From Pecten maximus (Eukaryota), in the NCBI RefSeq assembly GCF_902652985.1, contig NC_047023.1:19158001-19222000 (forward strand): a DNA stretch of 64,000 bases, given 5' to 3'. Of the stretch, positions 1-14,299 are shown one piece after another; within the stretch, counting starts at the first letter, position 1, and the number at the start of each line of letters is the position of its first letter. Position numbers and translations under genes: made by a program. The notes beneath the pieces are model-generated. The model was not told where the DNA came from. It saw only the letters and a program-made list of their open reading frames with translations, and did no database searches.

Positions 1-419
1 TTGTACCACAAATTTTGTCTGTTTATAAAATCAAAAGCTTTCTTGTAATCAATAAAACAGCAATATAGTCTTTTCCTATTTTTTAAAATTTTACTTATTA
101 AGGTTTGTAAAACAAAAATGGCGTCTACAGTAGATAAGTTTTTCTTAAAGCCAAACTGAGCGTCACTTAATTTAGAATAATCACTATCAAATTTCATTAG
201 GCGCTCATTTAAAATTGATGTAAAAATTTTACCTAAACAACTAACTAGTGTGATGCCCCTGTAATTATTGGTATCATTTTTATCACCTTTCTTGAAGATA
301 GGTATAATATTGCCTAATGACCATGATGAAGGATAAAAACCAGATTTAAAGATATTATTGAACAATTGGACTAAGCAAGGCAAAAGTACCTCTTTTCCTT
401 TAATAAAATACTCATTTAA
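1..419 (-). mobile_element. Non-LTR retrotransposon reverse-transcriptase fragment (RTE-X/CR1-like), 5'-truncated, runs off the window edge
   Basis: Manual minus-strand translation is open: LNEYFIKGKEVLLPCLVQLFNNIFKSGFYPSSWSLGNIIPIFKKGDKNDTNNYRGITLVSCLGKIFTSILNERL...SDAQFGFKKNLSTVDAIFVLQTLI...LYCCFIDYKKAFDFINRQNLWY. These are canonical LINE RT motifs (PIxKKG, NYRxI, QxGF, FIDxxKAFD). Clade assignment is tentative. Confidence 0.93.
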
Positions 420-1267
420 CCAACTGAGTGACCACCAGGTAAATTCCATGTAAAAGTGGTCAGTCAATTGTAATCGGTGGCCTTGTAATCAATCATTTCA
501 GCAAAATAATAATGATAAGTACTCAACCTCCTTATAGACATTGGAAAAACATTTCATTTTTTTTTATAATCTTATAAATATAATAATGTTATAAGTAATG
601 AAAAAAGTAATCAAATTATAAACATATTTATTTTACCTATTATTTTTAAGATCTAGTCGATGCAGACATTTGGTCTAGCATGACTGTAACTATAATTTTT
701 GTCACTTGGATTTGACCCATACTCTAATACACACAGCTTGGTGACACTTATCAAAACGACAGGTAAACTCACAAGTTTTTGTTTGGATTTTAAAAACCTT
801 TATAATATTATCTCGAAAGTCTTATTATAAAATTATATAAACTTGCAAACCAGTATTTTTATTTCTCAATAATAATCAATAATTTAAACCGGGAAACTTA
901 TATATACACTTATTATGGGTGTATCTCTGAACGCCAACATTTTGAATTTACCTGTAGGGCAGTTTGTTTTGATAGTGATTATAGTCTTTTTCCTAAAAGG
1001 AGTCTCAATGCCAACATGTAAATTTACCTGTAAAAGTTACCTGTTGATACTTACATGGAGGTTAAATTAAGGATTTATAACCAAACATAATGCATTTATA
1101 TGTATATCTAAAATATTCATTTTATCTAATATCTAATTTAAAAATGGCAATACATTATTATATGTGTGAAAATTATTGTATGTCCGGTTTTTATTATTTT
1201 TTTAAAGGACATTTTTAATGCATAAACACATAAGATCCATTCCAACAGATATGATTTACATGCACTT

Positions 1268-1279
1268 ATCATTACATCG

Positions 1280-1312
<33 letters not shown>

Positions 1313-1334
1313 GATCATCATCATCATCATCATC
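1268..1334. repeat. (TCA)n microsatellite
   Basis: About 20 tca units with a few interruptions. Confidence 0.95.
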
Positions 1335-1369
1335 TTTTTAAAATATTTTGATTTATTTTCCATAGGTAT

Positions 1370-2400
1370 ACAAGTGATAATGCCCTGACGCTGGGTAACT
1401 CATAATCGACCGTTTACATAACCAGAATTTATAGATCTGCTTCCAGAAACATTTGAAAAACTCTGAAGTAAATCCATCCGACCCGAGGCTCTTATTATTT
1501 TTCTTGTTTTTAAGTGTTTCAGCTGCCTCATTTAGAGTTATCTTACCTTATAAACAAGTTGCCTTTTCTTCATTTAATTCAGGAATATCATAATTTTCCA
1601 GAAAATCTTCCGAGTTAACCTCACTAATATCACTATCAACCCCATATAATTGTTCGTATGAAGATTTAACCTCATCTAAAATAGCCCCTTGTTCTGTTAT
1701 TATTTCCCCATTATCTCGCTGTAACTTTAGAATTACTTTTGACATAAAGTTCCTATTTTCTAGACTGTAAAAACAATTTGTTAGTTTTTTCACCGTCCTC
1801 AAATCATAATGCTTTTGCTCTTATTATACTTCCCTTAATTCTATTTACTTAAATATTCTCTTATTTTTTCTTACCCAATTTTCCCTAATCTCCATTATTC
1901 TGACTTTCCATCTGCTGCATTTCATCTCTGAGATTGTTTTCACTTAACCTGCTTTGTTTTTTTTTAAAGATGTGTACGAAATTGTTTTTCCTCTAATTTC
2001 AATAGTTGATTGTCTTTAACTAATTGTAAATATCTGTCTGGAATATTATATATTGGGCTTTTATTTCTTTAAGGGTATTATTTATAATATCAAGATAATT
2101 TTGGTCATGTAACAGTGAACTAGTAAATTTCCACAAACCTCTACCTTTTTTAAACTAATTAAATTTCAATGTAATTTCTTGGAAGGAATGGTCAGATCTG
2201 TAACCGGAATATATGCCTGAATCAACAATACTTGGTAATAAGCTTACAGATACTAAAATAATAGAGTATTACCTTACAGATTCTAAAAAAAATTTAGCCT
2301 GGCTTTTTCTTGGTCTACTCTTCTGTTATGTATTTCTTGAAATATCAGGATGTTGCTCTCTGAAGACATCAACTAAATTAAAATTATCCGAGTTTGTATT
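1370..2400 (-). mobile_element. Degenerate L1/Tx1-like LINE ORF2 fragment (end of APE endonuclease plus linker into RT)
   Basis: Ordered minus-strand motifs broken by stops and frameshifts: LVDVFREQHP, ARLNFF, GYRSDHS, KGRGLWKF, FYSLENRNF..I..L....GEIITEQGAILDE...YEQLY (ORF 1548-1802), NNKSLGSDGFTSEFFKCFW. Confidence 0.85.
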
Positions 2401-3619
2401 ACTCAGAAAAAGAAGGATTTTGACCGGTACCGGAGTAATACTTATAGTAAACAGGGTCTTCGAGTAATCAGAGTTCAGGTTAATAAAGTTTGACTGTAAG
2501 TGATTATAAAAATCTTCAAACGTTATAAATAGGTTTTGCTCTTGCATTTTTTATTTATTTCATTACTATTTAAAAAAACAAAAAAACAAAAAAAAAAGGT
2601 TTTTGCCGTAGGTGCTCCAGCATATCGCCCTAAAACTTGCTATATTGCCTTTGCTGAGAGGTACATGTACATGTATATTCATTTTTAACTTTCTCTATAT
2701 ACATTTATATTTCAGATATTTAAACTTTAATGCATGCATGTATGTTGTAAGAAAATACAATTCTGTATGCCGTATGGAACACAGGTAAATCTTAGGTGAC
2801 TGTACAGGTAAAAAAGACAACTTATATGAAGCCGTATATAATTGCCTTCCCATTGTTTCCTGAAACAACACCTACCTATTGTTAAAAAAAATGTTGGCGT
2901 TCAGAGAACACCCCCTTATTAGGTACATACGATAAAAATTAGATAGGGGACTGATTATATATAATTACATGAGTGTTTAGGGGAGGGGTAAGCCATGCCT
3001 GACTAGTGCAGTACCTGTACAGGTAAACCCTTAATTAAGCTTAATGCCCTTTGGCCATGCCCAGAACAGCTGGACTCCTTGTGCCAGATTCCTCAGCTGT
3101 GTTTTCACACCTTTCAACAAAATAATAGTCAAAATCCCATTTTGTGTGATTTACCTGGTCTGGAAAGACTATATACCTGACGGTATACAAACTATAACAT
3201 TTATGTTGCATGTACAATATATGTTTCAATGAAGGCAGAATCAATATTGCTTGATGTTGATCGATTTAATTTTAATTTCAAAACTAGTATATTTCATGCT
3301 TCCTTATTTATAATTAATCTTAATTTAGTGTAAATGCATGGATGTAATGGATGGAATTAATGGTGGAAATAATGTAATATGATACCTGTATTTTGTCAGT
3401 TTTTGTGTATATTCTATTTACCAATACGTGACATGTATTATACTTATATACATGTAATAAACATATCTGAAATAAAAGTAAAATGTACACACCGTCATGA
3501 ACACACACAATATACATGGACTAGTCCCTGTATATATATTTATGAAATTTTGTTTAAATGAAACATTTATATGTTCAAGAGATTATGCATTGTATATCAA
3601 GTACTTTGTATATATTGAC

Positions 3620-3770
3620 TCTAGTGCACTACGATGTTCACTCAAGTGCACTACGATGTTAACTCCAGTGCACTACGATGTGAACTCAAGTGCACTATGA
3701 TGTTAACTCAGGTGCACTACGATGTTAACTGGAGTTAACTTTTGTAGTGCACTGAAGTGCACTAGACTAC
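3620..3770. repeat. Short ~21-bp tandem repeat (agtgcactacgatgttaactc)
   Basis: About five consecutive units visible, then a decayed tail. Confidence 0.8.
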
Positions 3771-3792
3771 CAAGTTTAGTTTGCTCCCAACT

Positions 3793-4132
3793 GTATATAC
3801 ACGTCACACAACCTTGGACATTCTATATACAGTAAACTTCACATGACAATGAACATTCTATATAAACGTCACACGACAATGAACGTTATATATTAATGTC
3901 ACACGACAATGGCATTATATATAAACGTAACACGGCAATGGACATTCTATATACACACCACACGGCAATGGACATTCTACACTGTATATACACATCACAT
4001 GGCCATGGACATTATGCATACATGTTACACGACAATCGACATTTTATTATACCTGTCACACACCAATGGCCATTATATAATATACACGTCACATGGTAAT
4101 AGATATTTTATATACACGTTACATGGTAATGG
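3793..4132. repeat. Degenerate ~30-35-bp tandem repeat (tatatacacgtcacacgrcaatggacatt)
   Basis: About ten diverged units. Confidence 0.7.
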
Positions 4133-5224
4133 GTTTCGTATGTTGATATCAAGATGTGCAGTTTGATGTGCTTTTCATCATCAACCATTACATGGATGAA
4201 TGAACACATAGATCCGAGCCTGTCTACACCAGTATAGCTGTGTATGGCATAGAACAATAAAGGATAGAAATAAGGTAGATGTCAATTTGACTGAAATTGC
4301 TCTGACATGCAAATGAAAGTTAGTTTTTGCAAATAAACATGTTTCTGTTATTGCAGTTTTGTTGACTATACACTCAACACTGCCATAGAGCGTCACGAAC
4401 AACAACGACCTATTTTAATCCTGGTTGGAAACAATTGGGAAATATCTTCCAACAATCGGCAGTCTCATATTACCTTAATTAAAGGGAAATGCGCTAGTAG
4501 CCGTTACCGTATGATAATGACGTTACAAGTCCACTAGCAGATCGGCACGGCAAACTTATGAATAATTAACAGGGCGAGATCGGGACCCTGACTCCGGAAT
4601 CACCGCACAGTGGTAACACAACGCAAAGGGCTTGGGTGGAGGTAACTACAGGGAGGACGAGGATGTAGAATCTCCGATATACATGTGTACATATTGACTT
4701 ATAAATATTTCAACTGTCCACAGCACCACTTAAAACAATCGAATTTGTTTGGGACGTATATTTTGGCACGTGCGATTGCCGTGCAGTCTAACAACAGGTG
4801 GTTAGAGTAGGTACGCACGCTCCTTCAGCTCGTACTACAATAAGTAATTGTCTTCCAGTGCGAATATAGAAAATGCCCTGAACATGTTTTTAATACATCT
4901 ATTGATTACAAAAATTGCTAATCCCATCGTCCTTTGATCTGCGGCGTACGAATAACACATTTATTATCATGGCTTAGTTAGGCCTCAAATAACCAAGCGG
5001 TGTTGTAGTATACACGTGTACGTGTGAGGGGCTCCTAGCCATATCGTTAATATAGAGTATTGACAGCATCGACAATAGATAAACACGCTGGCAAAAAAAG
5101 AATGCACAAGGGTGCCACCAAGTATTAACTATCGACCGATTAATATCGTATACACTTTACATAGTCTATAGTGTATTGTGTCGTAATAAAATGTGTACAG
5201 TGGCCCATAGAAAAACATTTCAAT

Positions 5225-8200
5225 GGTATATCTATACTAGGGGAAACCTGTAAAGGTATGTCTTTACTAGGGGAAACTTGTAAAGGTATGTCTTACTAGG
5301 GGAAACTTGTAAATGTATGTTTATACTAGGGGAAACTTGTAAAGGTGTGTCTATACTAGGGGACACTTGTAAAGGTATGTCTATACTAGGGGACACTTGT
5401 AAAGGTATGTCTATACTAGGGGAAACTTGTAAAGGTATGTCTATACTAGGGGACACTTGTAAAGGTATGTCTATACTTGGGGGAACCTGTAAAGGTATGT
5501 CTATACTAGGGGAAACTTGTAAAGGTATGTCTATACTAGGGGAAACCTGTAAAGGTACATTGTATGTCTATACTAGGGGAAACTTGTAAAGGTATGTCTA
5601 TACTAGGGGAAACTTGTAAATGTATGTCTATACTAGGAGAAACTTGTAAAGGTATGTCTATTCTAGGGGGAACATGTAAAGGTATGTCTATACTAGGGGG
5701 AACATGTAAAGGTATGTCTTTACTAAGGGAAACTTGTAAAGGTATGTCTATACTAGGGGAAACTTGTAAAGGTGTGTCTATACTAGGGGAAACCTGAAAA
5801 GGTATGTCTATACTAGGGGAAACTTGTAAAGGTAAGTCTATACTAGGGGAAACTTGTAAAGGTATGTCTATACTAGGGGAAACTTGTAAAGGTGTGTCTA
5901 TACTAGGGGAAACCTGAAAAGGTATGTCTATACTAGGGGAAACTTGTAAAGGTAAGTCTATACTAGGGGAAACTTGTAAAGGTGTGTCTATACTAGGGGA
6001 AACTTGTAAAGGTACATTGTATGTCTATACTAGGGGAAACTTGTAAAGGTATGTCTATACTAGGGGAAACTTGTAAAGGTACATTGTATGTCTATACTAG
6101 GGGAAACTTGTAAAGGTATGTCTATACTAGGGGAAACTTGTAAAGGTATGTCTATACTAGGGGAAACTTGTAAAGGTATGTCTATACTAGGGGAAACTTG
6201 TAAAGGTATGTCTATACTAGGGGAAACTTGTAAAGGTATGTCTATACTAGTTGGAACATGTAAAGGTATGTCTTAACTAGGGGGAACATGTAAAGGTATG
6301 TCTATACAAGGGGAAACTTGTGAAGGTGTGTCTATTCTAGGGGAAACTTGTTAAGATATGTCTATACTAGGGGAACCTGTAAAGGTATGTCTATACTAGG
6401 GGAAACCTGAAAAGGTACATTGTATGTCTATACTAGGGGAAACTTGTAAAGGTATGTCTATACTAGGAGAAACTTGTAAAGGTATGTCTATACTAGGGGA
6501 AACTTGTAAAGGTATGTCTATATTAGGGGAAACTTGTAAAGGTATGTCTATACTAGGGGAAACTTGTAAAGGTATGTCTATACTAGTTGGAACATGTAAA
6601 GGTATGTCTTAACTAGGGGGAACATGTAAAGGTATGTCTATACTAGGGGAAACTTGTAAAGGTATGTCTATACTAGGGGAAACCTGACAAGGTATGTCTA
6701 TACTAGGGGAAACTTGTAAAGGTATGTCTATACTAGGGGAAACTTGTAAAGGTAGGTCTATACTAGGGGGGACATGTAAAGGTATGTCTATACTAGGGGA
6801 AACTTGTAAAGGTGTGTCTATACTAGGGGAAACTTGTAAAGGTATGTCTATACTAGGGGAAACTTGTAAAGGTGTGTCTATACTAGGGGAAACTTGTAAA
6901 GGTATGTCTATACTAGGGGGAACCTGTAAAGGTATGTCTATACTAGGGGAAACCTGTACAGGTATGTCTATACTAGGGGAAACTTGTAAAGGTATGTCTA
7001 TACTAGGGGAAACCTGTAAAGGTACATTGTATGTCTATACTAGGGGAAACTTGTAAATGTATGTCTATACTAGGGGAAACTTGTAAAGGTATGTCTATAC
7101 TAGGGGAAACTTGTAAAGGTATGTCTATACTAGGGGAAACATGTAAAGGTATGTCTAACTAAGGGAAACCTGAAAAGGTATGTCTATACTAGGGGAAACT
7201 TGTAAAGGTATGTCTATACTAGGGGAAACTTGTAAAGGTATGTCTATACTAGGGGAAACTTGTAAAGGTATGTCTATACTAGGGGAAACTTGTAAAGGTA
7301 TGTCTATACTAGGGGAAACTTGTAAAGGTATGTCTATACTAGGGGAAACTTGTAAAGGTATGTCTATACTAGGGGAAACATGTAAAGGTATGTCTATACT
7401 AGGGGAACCTGTAAAGGTATGTCTATACTAGGGGAAACTTGTAAAGGTATGTCTATACTAGGGGGAACATGTAAAGGTATGTCTATACTAGGGGAACCTG
7501 TAAAGGTATGTCTATACTAGGGGAAACTTGTAAAGGTATGTCTATACTAGGGGGAACATGTAAAGGTATGTCTATACTAGGGGTAACACGTAAAGGTATG
7601 TCTATACTAGGGAAACTTGTAAAGGTATGTCTATACTAGGGGAAACCTGTAAAGGTATGTCTATACTAGGGGAAACATGTAAAGGTATGTCTATACTAGG
7701 GGAAACTTGTAAAGGTATGTCTATACTAGGGGAAACTTGTACAGGTATGTCTATACTAGGTGGAACATGTAAAGGTATGTCTATACTAGGGGGAACTTGT
7801 AAAGGTATGTCTATACTAGGGAAAACTTGTACAGGTATGTCTATACTAGGGGAAACCTGTAAAGGTGTGTCTAACTAAGGGAATTCTGAAAAGGTATGTC
7901 TATACTAGGGGAAACTTGTAAAGGTATGTCTATACTAGGGGGGACATGTAAAGGTATGTCTAACTAAGGGAAACATGTAAAGGTATGTCTATACTAGGGG
8001 AAACTTGTAAAGGTATGTCTATACTAGGGGGAACCTGTAAAGGTATGTCTATACTAGGGGAAACTTGTAAAGGTATGTCTATACTAGGGAAAACTTGTAC
8101 AGGTATGTCTATACTAGGGGAAACCTGTAAAGGTGTGGCTATACTAGGGGAAACTTGTAAAGGTATGTCTATACTAGGGGAAACTTGTAAAGGTATGTCT

Positions 8201-8962
8201 ATACTAGGGGAACCTGTAAAGGTATGTCTATACTAGGGGAAACTTGTAAAGGTATGTCTATACTAGGGGGGACATGTAAAGGTATGTCTATACTAGGGGA
8301 AACTTGTAAAGGTATGTCTATACTAGGGGAAACTTGTAAAGGTACATTGTATGTCTTACTAGGGGGAACCTGTAAAGGTGTCTCTATACTAGGGGGAACA
8401 TGTAAAGGTGTGTCTATACTAGGGGAAACTTGTAAAGGTATGTCTATACTAGGGGAAACTTGTAAAGGTGTGTCTATACTAGGGGAAACTTGTAAAGGTA
8501 TGTCTATACTAGGGGAAACTTGTAAAGGTATGTCTATACTAGGGGAAACTTGTAAATGTGTGTCTATACTAGGGGGAAACTTGTAAAGGTATGTCTATAC
8601 TAGGGGAAAGTTGTAAAGGGATGTCTATACTAGGGGGAACTTGTAAAGGTATGTTTATATAAGGGGAAACTTGTAAAGGTATGTCTATACTAGGGGAAAG
8701 TTGTAAAGGTATGTCTATACTAGGAGAAACTTGTAAAGGTGTGTCTATACTAGGGGAAACTTGTAAAGGTATGTCTATACTAGGGGAAACTTGTAAAGGT
8801 ATGTCTATACTAGGGGAAAGTTGTAAAGGGATGTCTCTACTAGGGGAAACTTGTAAAGGTATGTTTATATAAGGGGAAACTTGTAAAGGTATGTCTATAC
8901 TAGGGAAACTTGTAAAGGTATGTCTATACTAGGGAAACTTGTAAAGGTATGTCTATACTAGT
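5225..8962. repeat. 30-bp minisatellite (ggtatgtctatactaggggaaacttgtaaa), ~125 copies
   Basis: Direct periodicity; explains all the MSILGETCKG ORFs. Confidence 0.98.
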
Positions 8963-9084
8963 TACAGATGTAGTTAGTTAGTAAGTTAGTTAGGCAAGTA
9001 ATTAGGTAGTAAGTGGCCATGTTTTATCGCCTTCATCATTCCGCCTATTGCTAGATTTCGTTTCACTAACAGAGAGAACGGCGG

Positions 9085-9660
9085 AGGAAACCTGTATAGA
9101 GCGGTCATAAAACATCACGAAGATACCAGTACAGACAAAACCTGTATTGAGCGGTCAATGGATAAAACATTACAGAGGTACTGCCCGTATTTAGAGATCA
9201 CTGGAAACAAATAGTAATGAAAAACTGAATAGAGAGCTCGAAGTGGGATAAGACTTTACAAATGTGCCTCGATACCATAAAAAAGCTGCAAAGTGAGATA
9301 AACTTTATTGAGAGATAATTCGAAAATAACCAGTATATAGAGACCATAACTGTAGTCTAATATACAAAGAGGCCTCTTAATAAAACACAACATTATAACT
9401 ATAGACACTGTATAGAGAGGCCACTAACGAAAGCATGGCGATATCATAAATATATATCCTTTACAGAGAGGCCACTAAACAAGGCATGGTAATATTATAA
9501 ATATATTTCCTGTACAAAGAGGCCGCAAAATAAAGAATGGTTGTATTATAACTAAATATCCTGTACAGAGAGGCCACTTACCGAAGCATTGGCAATAGCA
9601 CAAATATAGAACCTTTATAGAGAGACCACAAGGTGACAGAAAACCTGTAAAGCGAGATCG
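9085..9660. repeat. Highly degenerate repeat with recurring cctgtatagagaggcca core
   Basis: Core recurs about ten times at irregular ~50-60-bp spacing. Confidence 0.5.
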
Positions 9661-9689
9661 ATTCGACATAATCATGGTCATGTCGCCAG

Positions 9690-11890
9690 CAGCAATTCAA
9701 AATTATCAAGTAGCCTCAATATAAGCAATAAGACATATTAACAGGACTTCAATAGTAGAAATTCGACTTAAGAGTCCGCAAACAACAGCAATTCGACATT
9801 ATCACGAAACCGTCAACAGTGGCATTTCGACATTATAGACTTGAGTAGAAGGCCGTCAACAACAGAATTTCGACATCAACATTATCAAGAGGCCACAAAC
9901 AACAGCATTACGACATTATCAAGGGGTCATCAACAGCAGCACTTCGACATTATCAAGAGGCCGTCAACAACAGCATTTCGACATTATCAAGAGGCCGTCA
10001 ACAACAGAATTTCGACATCAACATTATCAAGAGGCCGTCAACAACAGTATTTCGACATTATCAAGAGGCCTTCAACAACAGCATTTTGACATTATCAAGA
10101 GGCCTTCAACAACAGCATTTTGACATTATCAAGAGGCCGTCAACAACAGCATTTCGACATTATCAAGAGGCCGTCAACAACAGAATTTCGACATCAACAT
10201 TATCAAGAGGCCGTCAACAACAGCATTTCGACATTATCAAGTGATCGTCAACAACAGCATTTCGACATTATCAAGAGGCCGTCAACAACAGCATTTTGAC
10301 ATTATCAAGAGGCCGTCAACAACAGCATTTTGACATTATCAAGTGATCGTCAACAACAGCATTTCGACATTATCAAGTGGCCTTCAACAACAGCAATTCG
10401 ACATTATCAAGAGGCCGTCAACAACAGCATTTCACATTATCAAGAGGCCTTCAACAACAGCATTTCGACATTATCAAGAGGCCGTCAACAACAGCAATTC
10501 GGCATTATCAGGGGATCGCCAAAAAAGGCAATGAGAAATTATCAAGAGGCCGTCAACAGTATTTCGACATTATCAAGGGGTTGTTAACAACAGCATTTTA
10601 ACATTATCAAGAGGCCGTCAACAACAGCATTTTGACATTATCAAAGGGCCGTCAACAGCAGCAATTCGACATTATCAGGGGATCGTCAAAAAAGGCAATG
10701 AGACATTATCAAGAGGCCGTCAACAATAGCATTTCGACATTATCAAGAGGCCGTCAACAACAGCAATTCGGCATTATCCAGAGGCCGTCAACAACAGCGT
10801 TTTGACATTATCAAGAGGCCTTCAACAACAGCATTCGACATTATCAGGGGATCGTCAAAAAAGGCAATGAGACATTAGCAAGGGACCGTCAACAATAGCA
10901 TTTCGACATTATCAAGAGGTCGTCAACAGCAGCATTTCGACATTATCGATAAGCCGTCAACAACAGCGTTTTGACATTATCGAGAGACCGCCAACACCAG
11001 CAATTCGGCATTATCGATAAGCCGTCAACAACAGCGTTTTGACATTATCAAGGGGTCATCAACAACAGCATTTTGACATTATCAAGAGGCCGTCAACAAC
11101 AGCATTTCGACATTATCAAGAGGCCGTCAACAACAGCATTTCGACATTATCAAGAGGCCGTCAACAATAGCATTTCGACATTATCAAGAGGCCGTCAACA
11201 ACAGCAATTCGGCATTATCCAGAGGCCGTCAACAACAGCGTTTTGACATTATCAACATTAGCAAGGGACCGTCAACATAAGCATTTCGACATTATCAAGA
11301 GGTCGTCAACAGCAGCATTTCGACATTATCGATAAGCCGTCAACAACAGCGTTTTGACATTATCGAGAGACCGCCAACACCAGCAATTCGGCATTATCAA
11401 CATTATCAAGAGGCCGTCAACACCAGCAACTTGACATTATCAACAGACCGCCAACAACAGCATTTCGACATTATCGAGAGACCGTCAACAACAGCATTTC
11501 GACATTATCAAGAGGTCGTCAACAGCAGCATTTCGACATTATCGAGAGACCGCCAACACCAGCAACTTGACATTATCAAGAGACCGTCAACAACAGCCGT
11601 CAATATAAGCATTTCGACTTCATCAAAAGGCCGCCTATAACAGCATTTCGACATTATCACGAAGCCGTCAATAGCGGCATTTCGACATTTTATATATTAT
11701 CAAGAGGCCGTCAACAACAGAATTTCGAAATCACAAACATTATCAAGAGGCCACAAACAACAGCAATTCGACATTATTAAGAGGATGTCAACAGCAGCAA
11801 TTCGACATTATTAAGAGGATGTCAACAGCAACAATTCGACATTATAAAAATGATATCTACGTCGACAATTCGATATTTTTAAGAGGATAT
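9690..11890. repeat. 34-bp minisatellite (atttcgacattatcaagaggccgtcaacaacagc), ~60 copies
   Basis: Period 34 measured at 10141/10175; edges are degenerate. Confidence 0.97.
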
Positions 11891-12204
11891 TAACAGCAGT
11901 TTTCTGTTATGATTTTAGATACACACAACGTCTGCTGTCTTCCGCTGTAAAGTATCTGTTATAAATTGCATATTATGGTTCACTTTGTCCCACTACATGG
12001 TGATCGAAGAAGGCGACGAAAAGTTCTACAATGTTTTCTTCTAAATGTTCTAAATAGGAGAGAACACCAACGTGAAGTCACTTAAGAAAACAAGTTTCTT
12101 GTTGTCTTTTCGTAGTTGCTTTGTCCTTAACAACCGTCCTCAAATGACCTTGACAGTACATAACATGGACATTGAACCCCATGCAACATACAACATGATC
12201 ATAC

Positions 12205-14060
12205 CAGGATATATGACCATACCGGGACACGACATGACAATACCGGGATACGACATGACCAAACCGGGATACGACATGACCAAACCATGATACGGCATGA
12301 CAATACCGGGATACGACATGACCAAACCGGGACACGACATGACCATACCGGGACACGACATGACCATACCGGGACACGACATGACCATACCGGGACACGA
12401 CATGACCATACCGGGATACGACATGACCATACCTCCCGGGATACGACATCCCCATACCGGGATACGACATGACCATACCGGGACACGACATGAGCATACC
12501 GGGATACGAAATGACCATACCGGGATACGACATGACCATACCGAGATACGACATGACCAAACCGGGATACGACATGACCATACCGGGATACGACATGACC
12601 ATACCGGGATACGACATGACCATACCGGGATACGACATGACCATACCGGGATACGACATGACCATTACGGGATACGACATGACCATATCGGGATACAACA
12701 TGACCATTACGGGATACGACATGACCATACCGGGATACGACATACCCATACCGAGATACGACATGACCATACCGGGATACGACATGACCATTACAGGATA
12801 CGACATGACCATACCGGGAAACGACATACCCATACCGGGATACGACATGACCATACCGGGATACGACATGACCATACCGGGATACGACATGACCATTACG
12901 GGATACGACATGACCATACCGGGATATGACATGACCCTACCGGGATACGACATGACCATACCGGGATACGACATGACCATACCGGGATACGACATGACCA
13001 TACCGGGACACGACATAGCCATACCGGGATACGACATGACCATAACGAGGTACGACATGACCATACCGGGATACGACATGACCATAATGAGGTACGACAT
13101 GACCATACCGGGACACGACATGACCATACCGGGATACGACATGACCATACCGGGACACGACATGGCCATACCGGGATATGACATGACCATACCGGGATAC
13201 GACATGTCCATACCGGGATACGACATGACCATACCGGGATACGACATGACCATACCGGGACACGACATGACCATACAGGGGCACGACATGACTATACCGG
13301 GATACGACATTACCATACCGGGATACGACATGACCATTACGGGATACGACATGACCATACCGGGATATGACATGACCATACCGGGATACGACATGACCAT
13401 ACCGGGATACGATATGACCATACCGGGATACGACATGACCATACCGGGATACGACATGACCATACCGGGATACGGCATGACCATACCGAGATACGACATG
13501 ACCATACCGGGATACGACATGACCATGACCATACCGGGATACGACATGACCATACCGGGATACGATATGACCATACCGGGATACGACATGACCATACTGG
13601 GATACGGCATGACCATACCGAGATACGATATGACCATACCGGGATACGACATGACCATTACGGGATACGACATGACCATACCGGGATATGACATGACCAT
13701 ACCGGGATACGACATGACCATACCGGGATACGATATGACCATACCGGGATACGACATGACCATACCGGGATACGACATGACCATACCGGGATACGGCATG
13801 ACCATACCGAGATACGACATGACCATACCGGGATACGACATGACCATGACCATACCGGGATACGACATGACCATACCGGGATACGATATGACCATACCGG
13901 GATACGACATGACCATACTGGGATACGGCATGACCATACCGAGATACGATATGACCATACCGGGATACGACATGACCATGACCATACCGGGATATGACAT
14001 GACCATATCGGGATACGATATGACCATACCGGGATACGACATGACCATACCGGGAAACAA
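12205..14060. repeat. 21-bp CpG-rich minisatellite (atgaccataccgggatacgac), ~88 copies
   Basis: Direct periodicity; the unit is stop-free in one frame on each strand, which produces the 536-aa and 663-aa ORFs. Confidence 0.98.
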
Positions 14061-14299
14061 CATTGCCATACTATACTAGTGTTTTGCCATAATTTGACGT
14101 AACTATAGTTATTGTAGAAAGGTTTTTAGTGACCTGATATAACGGAAATGATCTCGTGTATTTTGATACTATAGTGTTCGATATTGAAAATCGTCGACAA
14201 TACAATCTGACAGGTCGTTTCCTACAAAGGCTCTAATACCTAAGGGTATCCAATATTTGTCTCGGAAACTTTTTTCTATAAATTTCGCATCAGTATTAA

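Noticed and set aside
5232-8872. Many MSILGETCKG-repeat ORFs
   Set aside because: Translations of the 30-bp satellite, repeatedly broken by frameshifts.
12078-14079. 663-aa and 536-aa ORFs (MVMSYPG / MTIPGYD repeats) as real proteins
   Set aside because: They coincide with a 21-bp minisatellite whose unit lacks stops; there is no unique domain, and both strands are open.
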